Below, piece after piece: positions 56,714-64,000 of a DNA stretch of 64,000 nucleotides. The stretch's first letter is position 1. Every line of letters begins with the position of its first letter. The position numbers were made by a program, and so were the translations under genes. The DNA comes from Gammaproteobacteria bacterium (GTDB lineage: Bacteria > Pseudomonadota > Gammaproteobacteria > UBA4575). The stretch is taken from NCBI GenBank assembly GCA_045106935.1, contig JBGCFN010000005.1, positions 17,732-81,731 of the forward strand, read 5' to 3'. The notes under the pieces were generated by a model. It saw only the letters and a list, made by a program, of their open reading frames with translations, ran no database searches and was not told the DNA's origin.

Positions 56714-59305
56714 CTATTTAGTGTGATATTGATCAGCAATTCTATAATTGAGTTCCCTTAACTTGTTGTTATTTAAGGTAATATTGAGGCTTTCTATAGG
56801 CCTTAGTTTGTCAGAATAATTGACCAATGCAGGTGCGTTTAGGTCTATCTCATTAAAGGCTATAAATATCACTGGATGACCGTGCCATTCATGTGGAATC
56901 GTCCATTGTTCATACATGCTGGCAGTTCTGCCTACGGCGTTCCTAGATAAAATATTATCAACTTGCTTGTCAACGTCGTAAAAACGTAAGGAGCTTGCGA
57001 TTGACCATTTGCTCAAACCAACAATGAGTGGTTTTTGACCGGTTTCATTCTCTAGTTGTTTCTCTAGCATGTCTAATTCGTATGCTGTTTGTTGCCAAAA
57101 ATAATGGTTTGTGACTTGAGTATTTATATTTATTGGTAGCCCTAAAGCTGCGTAGTGGAGTATTGCACCATAAATTAAACCTAGAATGGCTGTCGACAGC
57201 AAAGTTAATTTTGTAAATAACTTCTTGTTTGTAAAATTTGAAGTCGGGCTTAAGGCAAATGATATTAATGGAATGGCAATTAACCAGATTGGTGCAGTCC
57301 AATGGAATCGAGGGTAATGAGTGAAACTAAAATACACATATACCAATAAGGGTATGAATGTAAATATGACAAAAAACTGTTTGTAAGTTTTGATGGTTGA
57401 TTTGTTTTGGATTTTATCCTGCAGTAGAGAAGTTATGTTTCTATACGCATTAATGATGAATAATAATATTAATGGAGAGAGAAGAATCATTAAATGAAGT
57501 AATAAGTAATGAGTCGAAAATTCTATAGTTCGATCCAATCGGCGAGTGGTTTGAAATAAAAATGAGCTCCATTCATTTTGTGCATTCCAATAGAGAGTAG
57601 GTGAAAATATCAATAGAGAAATTACTCCAGCAATATATAAAATAGGTTGCTTCCACCATTGTCTGGTTGCTTGATTAACGCTTATAAAAATAATAATGCT
57701 AATTGCAAACAGCGCGATTGAGTACTTTGAAAGCATTCCGATTCCTATACAAATGCCTAAGCTCAGCCAGGAACCGGCCGACTTTTCGAATGTAATCTTT
57801 GCAATAAAGTATAAACATGCAGCCCATATAGCTATTTGTAGTGCATCAGTTGTCGCCAAAAACCCAGTGACTGCTGCAAATGGAATAACGGAAGTCAGTA
57901 TGAGAGAAATATATGCAGAGGTCTTATCAAAGAGCATTGAGCTGAGACGAAATACAAAATATAAAGTGACTATTCCACTAATATATGAAAAAAATCTCAC
58001 ACCAAATTCATTGTCACCAAATACGCTTGTTGCAAGCCATATCAACCAAGCGACCATAGGTGGATGATCTAAGTAGCCTAAGCTTAAATGCTCTTTATAA
58101 TTCCAGTAATATGCTTCATCAGGTATTAATTCAGTTGTGCCTAAGTATAAAAAGCGCAATATCAACATAAAGCCGGTAATTGCAATAGCTAATACTCGCC
58201 AATTGATAGAGCTATATTTAAAGCTATTAGAAGTATTTGCAGGAAATACAATAAATGAGGCAGCAAAATAGTTTACTAAAGCTGCTGCAATAATGGCGGG
58301 ATAAATAGCAAAACCAGGACTGAAATTTAATAAATTGATCAGAATAGCGAGAACTCCGCCACGGATAGTCAGTGCAATCAAGCCAAAGTAAATATACTTT
58401 ATTGCTTTACTCAGCCAGCTATTAAATGAGTTATGTATGTATTTAAATGACCAAATTGAGTTTAAAATATAGTTGAAGGTAGCAGCAATAAAAAAACTGC
58501 TGATATGAGCGCTAGCAATGCTCCATCCTTTACCTAAGAATAATTGGAAGAATAATGCATCTATTACTACACCTAGAATACCAACCATCATAAAACGGCC
58601 AGTAGTAGAACCGCTAACTCTTCCACCGCTTAATTCAATCAAGCGCTGAAAATATTGAATGAGTTGTTTGCCTGAAAGTTTAGACTCACCAAGCACTCGA
58701 TCTGTAAATACAATAGGTGTTTCAGTGACTCGAAATTTGTCTAAGCCTGATGCAAGTAACTCCAATAGTACTTTATAGCCTCTAGCATTTTGGTCAATAT
58801 CGGAAAAACAGGTTTTTTTACAAGCAAAAAAACCTGATGTAGTATCTTTTACATCAGTCAGGACTCTTGCAGGTAATCCACCAAACCATGATAAGAATCG
58901 TCTGTGTGCTGGCCAGTTAGCGATGCCGCCATTTTTGGTGTAGCGACTACCCACGACGACATCATGAGTACCGTTAATGATTGGCTTGAGTAAATCTGGT
59001 ATGCAATCTATGGGATGGCTTAAGTCAGCATCCATTACTAAGATATACTCAGAATGACTAGTTGCTACTCCATCTAAGATGGCTTGTGTTAAATCTGGAT
59101 GGCCCGTGCGTTGCAGTACTGATATCCAGTTGAAACGCTGGCTCCAAGCATTAATTTTTTCTATCGTATTGTCTTTAGACTGGTCATCGACAAACAAAAT
59201 TTCAAGATCGCAATTCTCAATTTTAAGTTGAGTCAACCCTTCTAGAAGCGGGTCAATATTATCCTGTTCATTCAGCGTGGGAATGACTATTGTAGCACTG
59301 CTCAT
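56714..59305 (-). CDS. three-module glycosylation fusion: N-terminal GT2 polyprenyl-phosphate sugar synthase (DPM1/ArnC/GtrB-like), GtrA-like TM segment, and a large GT-C (PMT/ArnT-like, GT39/83-type) membrane glycosyltransferase
   Basis: IVIPTLNEQDNI...VDDQSKDNT...VMDADLSHP (GT2 DxD). GtrA-like FMMVGILGVVIDALFFQLFL. GT-C signature ELIPDEAYYWNYKEHLSLGYLDHPPMVAWLIW followed by about 10 TMs. 863 aa. Confidence 0.65.
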   Translation of the reverse strand: MSSATIVIPTLNEQDNIDPLLEGLTQLKIENCDLEILFVDDQSKDNTIEKINAWSQRFNWISVLQRTGHPDLTQAILDGVATSHSEYILVMDADLSHPIDCIPDLLKPIINGTHDVVVGSRYTKNGGIANWPAHRRFLSWFGGLPARVLTDVKDTTSGFFACKKTCFSDIDQNARGYKVLLELLASGLDKFRVTETPIVFTDRVLGESKLSGKQLIQYFQRLIELSGGRVSGSTTGRFMMVGILGVVIDALFFQLFLGKGWSIASAHISSFFIAATFNYILNSIWSFKYIHNSFNSWLSKAIKYIYFGLIALTIRGGVLAILINLLNFSPGFAIYPAIIAAALVNYFAASFIVFPANTSNSFKYSSINWRVLAIAITGFMLILRFLYLGTTELIPDEAYYWNYKEHLSLGYLDHPPMVAWLIWLATSVFGDNEFGVRFFSYISGIVTLYFVFRLSSMLFDKTSAYISLILTSVIPFAAVTGFLATTDALQIAIWAACLYFIAKITFEKSAGSWLSLGICIGIGMLSKYSIALFAISIIIFISVNQATRQWWKQPILYIAGVISLLIFSPTLYWNAQNEWSSFLFQTTRRLDRTIEFSTHYLLLHLMILLSPLILLFIINAYRNITSLLQDKIQNKSTIKTYKQFFVIFTFIPLLVYVYFSFTHYPRFHWTAPIWLIAIPLISFALSPTSNFTNKKLFTKLTLLSTAILGLIYGAILHYAALGLPININTQVTNHYFWQQTAYELDMLEKQLENETGQKPLIVGLSKWSIASSLRFYDVDKQVDNILSRNAVGRTASMYEQWTIPHEWHGHPVIFIAFNEIDLNAPALVNYSDKLRPIESLNITLNNNKLRELNYRIADQYHTK

Positions 59306-59334
59306 TGATTCTTATGTGAAGTGTAGAATGGCGT

Positions 59335-61008
59335 TTATTTGATATAAATATTGGAGAAATGATACCAGAAATCTGAGTTGTATACGTCTGGCTTACGATG
59401 GATCCTGCAATGAAAGCCGATGCTTAGTTCTTCCCATGATTTATGGTCTTTAATCGCTTGCCATAACAAAGTAGCCCTTACTTTTATCAGTAACTGGCGG
59501 TGGTCTGATGATGCTGAATCGTATTCTGATTGAATGTCTCGATGACTCATTATTTTAGTTTTAGCCTGTTGGCTAAAATCAACAGTAAGCCCTTTGTCTA
59601 ATGGGGTAAAGTCAGACGTACATGGGATTATATAAACGACTAAATCATCTTGAAATTGACTTGCTGAAAAATAGTCTTTTGTAGCCTTGAAGAATGACTC
59701 TTCCTTGGGAATGCTTTCACTATCTATGTATTTGCTAATTTCTTCTTTAGTAATGATGGGACGATTTATATTGCTTGATAATGTGGTTATTGAAGTGCCA
59801 ATTGATATTTTATCGGTGATGGTAGGATTAATTGTCATGACGCTAGGGTATAAACGATTCACTTCTTCTTCTATATCTTCTAGTGAATTTTTATTATTAT
59901 TATTTTTTATATACTCATCTCTAGGCGCTGCTTCAGAAAAATAGCCTGCATAGGGCATATATGATTTTGGTTTGCAGATGTCTATATATTTATAGATCGA
60001 ATTTTTAACTGAAAGAAGTCTGTTTTCTGAAATTTTTGATTTCTCATTTTCATCGTAATGATCAAAGCACCAAGGATGGCTAGAAGCACCGCCAGCAAAA
60101 GAGGTGGCTAAGAAATCAATATCTGTTGGAAGCACATAGTGATTGAGTGCTGAGGAGTCTACTGTGATAAGCGCTTGTTTTTTTCCATAGCAAAGATATA
60201 AGCCGCTATCATCCCTGAAATCTCCAGATTTTAAAATTGATATATAAATTTCATTTTCATCTAGTTTGTGAATCTGATTGAAGGCTAGTGGAATAACGTT
60301 AGTGAAGCCTAGATTTCTTAGTGGCGTTTCTGCTGATTTTGTTTTGAATTTGGGAATAACAATTGGTATGTCAGGACGATGCTGTATAAGTTTTATTAGT
60401 GTTTCTTCATGCATGTGATCTGGATGGTTGTGAGAGATATAGACAAGATCTGCATTAAATAGTTGATCGAGTGCGTCGCTGCACGGGGCTGGATCGTGCC
60501 ACCATCCATTTAGAAAACATGGGCCATGTATCCATGGGTCTGTGATGATATTGATTGTGTCGCAATTAAATAGAAGGCTAGCATGCGATAAAAAACGGAT
60601 ATTTAGATCAAGTGCTTGTTGTTGTGAAGTAATATTTTCAGGTAATTGCAAGTGAGTCTTTGGTTGATGGATAACAACCTGGTTGTTTGTCACCTCAAAT
60701 TCAAGTTTTTCTTTAGTAACATTTACATTGTTATATTTGAGTTTTTCTAAATCAAGCTTCCAACCATGAAGTGGGCATTCTGCTAATTTTTCATCTTGAC
60801 ATGGCTGTAATGTGCCACTGGCATGGTCGCATATACGTGAGATTACCCAGTCGACTTGTTTCTCTTTAGATAGTTTAAGAATATGTTTGTCTTGATAGTT
60901 TATTCCTGGTGTTAAGTTATCGAGATCATAATGATAATGGCTATGATTTTTATCATCTATACACGAAAACGATCCAGCTAAACGCAATTTTATTTTTAAT
61001 TTTCCCAT
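59335..61008 (-). CDS. Rieske [2Fe-2S] plus metallo-beta-lactamase-fold protein, CMP-N-acetylneuraminate hydroxylase (CMAH)-like
   Basis: Rieske motif CDHASG-x13-CPLHGWKLDLEKLKY; compare animal CMAH CKHQGG...CTKHNWKLD. It is followed by an MBL-fold region with YISHNHPDHMHEE (HxHxDH). 557 aa. Confidence 0.6.
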   Translation of the reverse strand: MGKLKIKLRLAGSFSCIDDKNHSHYHYDLDNLTPGINYQDKHILKLSKEKQVDWVISRICDHASGTLQPCQDEKLAECPLHGWKLDLEKLKYNNVNVTKEKLEFEVTNNQVVIHQPKTHLQLPENITSQQQALDLNIRFLSHASLLFNCDTINIITDPWIHGPCFLNGWWHDPAPCSDALDQLFNADLVYISHNHPDHMHEETLIKLIQHRPDIPIVIPKFKTKSAETPLRNLGFTNVIPLAFNQIHKLDENEIYISILKSGDFRDDSGLYLCYGKKQALITVDSSALNHYVLPTDIDFLATSFAGGASSHPWCFDHYDENEKSKISENRLLSVKNSIYKYIDICKPKSYMPYAGYFSEAAPRDEYIKNNNNKNSLEDIEEEVNRLYPSVMTINPTITDKISIGTSITTLSSNINRPIITKEEISKYIDSESIPKEESFFKATKDYFSASQFQDDLVVYIIPCTSDFTPLDKGLTVDFSQQAKTKIMSHRDIQSEYDSASSDHRQLLIKVRATLLWQAIKDHKSWEELSIGFHCRIHRKPDVYNSDFWYHFSNIYIK

Positions 61009-61037
61009 TGATATATTGGATTTGTGTAGTGCTTGAT

Positions 61038-62393
61038 TTAGTTGTGTAACTTAAATATATCTTTTGATATGGAGGATATATTTACATCGTTAAAACGGCC
61101 AGTAATATTTTGAAGGCGAGTGACTCGCTCTTGGATATAATCAATACTGATTGGTGGGAATCTATGCTTGTGATAGGCAGTACTATTGCGATGTGATGAA
61201 TTTTTGCTTTTAACTTTTTTCACCAACGTACGAGTGTTGTTATGTATTATGCTTGGTAAGCGAGCTAAGGACCCACGATGTGTGTGTGCGCTTGTAATAT
61301 ATTGTTGAAATAAGGTGTTAGTGATTATATCTGATGCTAAATCACCCTCTTGGCTACTAATATGTTCTGATAGCACGGGGCAGTGGCCTTTTGGTTTGGT
61401 ATCGCTTGTAAGCGTTGTTTGAATTTTGTCGAGTAAGGATTGACTGCTAGTGGCTATGTCACACAATGCTTTAGGTAAACTATCATCTATTTTTTCGTTA
61501 GAGATAGGGTAATAACCAAGTGTTGGTTTATCTAATATTGTTGCTTCAATTGAAGTTGTGCATCCATTTGAAATTAATGCCTTTGATCCCATTATCCAAG
61601 GAATCACATTACCTTCATTGACTACTTTGATATTTTTATTGTCACTGAATATTTGTTGCCAGTTATTAATATTTTCTGAAGGGTGTGGTCTGACAATTAT
61701 ATTAATTGATGGAAATGTATCAGCTATTAAAGGAATAATTTTTTTAAATTCATTGAATAGTATTTGTTTATGTTTGAATCTATCTGCAATAAAGTTGTCA
61801 TTTGAGTTTCCACTAAAATTTTTGTCTCTATTGGCTTCACCAATACCTACGCTAGAAATAAAATGATTTACCTGCCCAAAATTTGTATTGATTAGAATGT
61901 AGTCACCATATTGATTGATAATTTTTTCTGTTTCAGGATTAAAGTAACCTCGTAATTCAGGTCTAATAATATCGATTCTTGGGTTGCCTGTGATATGAAT
62001 GGGCTGGTTATTGTAGGCGGAATAATTTTGAAATACCTGTGCATCATTTTTCCCCCATGCAAATAAGTGATCAATATAATCAAATGCGACTGGAGATAAT
62101 CTATGTCTATAATATTGATCGTCAGGCAATCTCACTAAGCCTTCTTCATCCCATGCGGTAATTCTATGGCCTAGGCCGTGCATGATCTTGAACATTCTGA
62201 TGCTGAATCTTCTCATGCTTTTAGCAAGGTAGACGGCATTATAAACTTTCGATGAATGATGATGGATGTATGCTCGTGACCCGATAATCGAGTTAAAGCC
62301 TTTTTCTGCAGCTGTACAAGCAAGAAGTATTTTGCCGTCTAGCTCACGTACCTGACTCTCAACAGGAATTAGTAAAGTATCAAATGTACTCAT
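61038..62393 (-). CDS. putative ulosonic-acid transferase of the capsule-synthesis (KpsS/KpsC-like, HP-motif) family
   Basis: IIVRPHPSE (HP motif) and ALISNGCTTSIEATILDKP. It sits between the cytidylyltransferase and the CMAH-like gene. Family assignment is tentative. Confidence 0.35.
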   Translation of the reverse strand: MSTFDTLLIPVESQVRELDGKILLACTAAEKGFNSIIGSRAYIHHHSSKVYNAVYLAKSMRRFSIRMFKIMHGLGHRITAWDEEGLVRLPDDQYYRHRLSPVAFDYIDHLFAWGKNDAQVFQNYSAYNNQPIHITGNPRIDIIRPELRGYFNPETEKIINQYGDYILINTNFGQVNHFISSVGIGEANRDKNFSGNSNDNFIADRFKHKQILFNEFKKIIPLIADTFPSINIIVRPHPSENINNWQQIFSDNKNIKVVNEGNVIPWIMGSKALISNGCTTSIEATILDKPTLGYYPISNEKIDDSLPKALCDIATSSQSLLDKIQTTLTSDTKPKGHCPVLSEHISSQEGDLASDIITNTLFQQYITSAHTHRGSLARLPSIIHNNTRTLVKKVKSKNSSHRNSTAYHKHRFPPISIDYIQERVTRLQNITGRFNDVNISSISKDIFKLHN

Positions 62394-62395
62394 TA

Positions 62396-63109
62396 CTATT
62401 TATGTAGCTCTTCGAGTAAAACTTCGGCAAGCTTTAAATCAATTTCTTCATCAATATTGACTACAGGGCGTTCAATTATGAGAGGAATGCACTGCTTCTC
62501 CATTAAGTTATTTTGATCAATCAAGCTTTCTCGTGTGGTGGCATAACAAATGCCATTGCGATGGTAATAATCAGGTATCTGTTGGCGTATAGAATATTGA
62601 ATTCCACCTTCTAAGTAGGGGTTGATAAAGCCGTTGTCCGAAAGTTGTAATGTTTTATGTGGTGTGTAATGTCCGGGGGTTTTGCTGACAGTTGCGACGG
62701 TGAAGGCGTTTTTTTCTATTAGTAAACTTACAGCATTTGTAATATCTTCTGGTGTTCTCATTGGGCTGGTTGGTTCAAGTAACACTGAAATATCAAATTT
62801 TTTATTGTAATAATCTTCACTATATAACCACGCATGTTTCCACATATCAATTGACTTCGCATGGTCGGTCGATAATTCTTTGGGACGTGTGAATGGGACA
62901 TCAATATTTTCATTGCGAGCATGAGTGCATATTTCAGCATCATCCGAGCTTAGGACAATTTCATCTATCCAGTTTAGTTGTTTAACACAGTTTGCTGCAT
63001 GGGCAATTAAAGAATTGCCATGAATGTTACGTAAATTTTTGCGTATTATTCCTTTGCTTCCACCGCGTGCTGGAATGACAGCAAGAATGTTTTTGTTCTT
63101 GAATGACAT
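62396..63109 (-). CDS. CMP-N-acylneuraminate / ulosonic acid cytidylyltransferase (NeuA/KdsB-like, CTP_transf_3)
   Basis: ILAVIPARGGSKGIIRKNL...IVLSSDD, 237 aa. Confidence 0.8.
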   Translation of the reverse strand: MSFKNKNILAVIPARGGSKGIIRKNLRNIHGNSLIAHAANCVKQLNWIDEIVLSSDDAEICTHARNENIDVPFTRPKELSTDHAKSIDMWKHAWLYSEDYYNKKFDISVLLEPTSPMRTPEDITNAVSLLIEKNAFTVATVSKTPGHYTPHKTLQLSDNGFINPYLEGGIQYSIRQQIPDYYHRNGICYATTRESLIDQNNLMEKQCIPLIIERPVVNIDEEIDLKLAEVLLEELHK

Positions 63110-63128
63110 GTTTTTCTAAGGATAGCGG

Positions 63129-63926
63129 TTAGCGTTTTTCAGCAAGAATTGAGAAACCAACAGGAAATTTAGTATGTTCTCGAACTAAATTGTCTGTGAA
63201 TTTTTCATCCCATTCTTTGAGTTGTGGCCAATGTTCTTCATAAAACCATTTCTCAGATTTTTTACGCTGTTCTGCCGGCATATATTCTAATGCTTGAAGC
63301 CAACAATAACCTATCGCGCTGAAAGGGCCGCCATCTAACTGAGTATCAATTGGTTCTAGGCCAACAGAGCGCATAATTTCATACATGCCATAAGGTGTAT
63401 AGCGTAGGTAATCATCTGGTATTTGGTGTAGTTCTCTTAAGGTCGGTTCAAATACAAATACTTTGCCGTTTGGTTTGGTGATTCTTGCCATTTCGCTAAA
63501 TAAATCATGCTGGTTGGCAATATGATGAACTAAGTTAGGCACCAGGACCAAGTCTGCAATATTATCTTCTAGACCTGTATTTTCGATTGGTGCACGTTTT
63601 GTGATCGGCACGCGTAAAAAATTCTTGTCTATCACTTTGTCTTTATTGTAAGCCCCACGATCATCGGCACTTTTTGGGCTGCTATCAATCGAGATAAATT
63701 CTTGTTGGTGGAAATATGGGCCGACCAAACTCAGTCCTCCATATAAGAGTCCACGTTCTAGTGAAACAACTGTTGATTCAGGTGCTATTTCTTGTGCTAG
63801 CTTTCTAATTTCACGCAACAATAAGTCAAAGTGTGGTAAACGATCAGTAATGAAGACCTTCTCCGCAAGGACTTGAGTATGCTTGGCTAGCTGATCGTTT
63901 GAGTAGTTCATAGGCTTATTGTACAA
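63129..63926 (-). CDS. class I SAM-dependent methyltransferase
   Basis: DLVLVPNLVHHI...ITKPNGKVFVFEP pattern of a Methyltransf_11/23-like fold. It is the first visible gene of the minus-strand operon, which continues beyond 64000. Confidence 0.5.
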   Translation of the reverse strand: MYNKPMNYSNDQLAKHTQVLAEKVFITDRLPHFDLLLREIRKLAQEIAPESTVVSLERGLLYGGLSLVGPYFHQQEFISIDSSPKSADDRGAYNKDKVIDKNFLRVPITKRAPIENTGLEDNIADLVLVPNLVHHIANQHDLFSEMARITKPNGKVFVFEPTLRELHQIPDDYLRYTPYGMYEIMRSVGLEPIDTQLDGGPFSAIGYCWLQALEYMPAEQRKKSEKWFYEEHWPQLKEWDEKFTDNLVREHTKFPVGFSILAEKR

Positions 63927-64000
63927 GAAAAATATGTGCTGATACCTGTTTAATTTTAATTGAGGAACGAGTATTAAGGACAGAAGAAAACCTATCTATT

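Noticed and set aside
57045-58067. ORFs 57045..57302 (-) and 57696..58067 (+) inside the GT-C fusion gene
   Set aside because: Overlapped by the 863-aa ORF, which has consistent GT2 and GT-C motifs along its length.

Overview
The window reads as AT-rich gammaproteobacterial chromosome, probably a marine Alteromonadales-like organism, though taxonomy cannot be asserted from sequence alone. It is gene-dense and has no transposases, integrases or CRISPR arrays. In order:

- **1-2750:** a minus-strand TetR regulator, an AhpD-like protein and an RND/MMPL exporter whose 3' end runs off the window start.
- **3076-11720:** a Pil-Chp-type chemosensory operon, namely a PilG-like response regulator with an N-terminal extension, a PilH-like CheY, a PilI-like CheW, a PilJ-like MCP and a roughly 1500-aa ChpA-like hybrid CheA with an acidic repetitive linker.
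- **11841-11917:** tRNA-Arg(UCG).
- **12078-25600:** a complete Xps-type type II secretion locus, gspA/gspB then gspEFGHIJKLM and a gspC/N-like gene, with a lipoprotein-type gspD secretin last.
- **25697-32530:** a PdtaS/PdtaR-like two-component system (GAF/PAS HWE-type kinase plus REC-ANTAR antiterminator), a roughly 490-nt structured leader, a secreted beta-propeller protein and a DUF1111-like di-haem cytochrome c protein, closed by a strong terminator.
- **32556-43337:** small lipoproteins and hypotheticals, a PAS histidine kinase with an orphan receiver, NAD-malic enzyme, a translationally coupled four-gene operon of DUF389, DUF2237, a SpeE-like gene and a small ORF, and a PAS-GGDEF-EAL protein.
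- **43639-54506:** an XrtA/PEP-CTERM-type exopolysaccharide locus with Wza-like export protein, putative outer-membrane beta-barrel, chain-length determinant, tyrosine-kinase-like ATPase, ExeA-like ATPase, an exosortase-EpsI fusion, a WecA-family transferase and a PEP-CTERM-type TPR lipoprotein.
- **54503-56478:** a truncated minus-strand sox cluster, soxX, soxY carrying an in-frame TGA, a monohaem soxA and a small possibly SoxK-like ORF, with no soxZ or soxB.
- **56714 to the window end:** a minus-strand glycosylation operon.

The most likely candidate for an undescribed system is that last operon. It encodes a CMP-ulosonic/nonulosonic acid cytidylyltransferase, a SAM methyltransferase, a KpsS/KpsC-like HP-motif transferase, a Rieske plus metallo-beta-lactamase-fold protein closely resembling animal CMP-Neu5Ac hydroxylase (CMAH), and a GT2-GtrA-GT-C fusion. 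The ANTAR-controlled secreted propeller/di-haem module is a second, weaker candidate.
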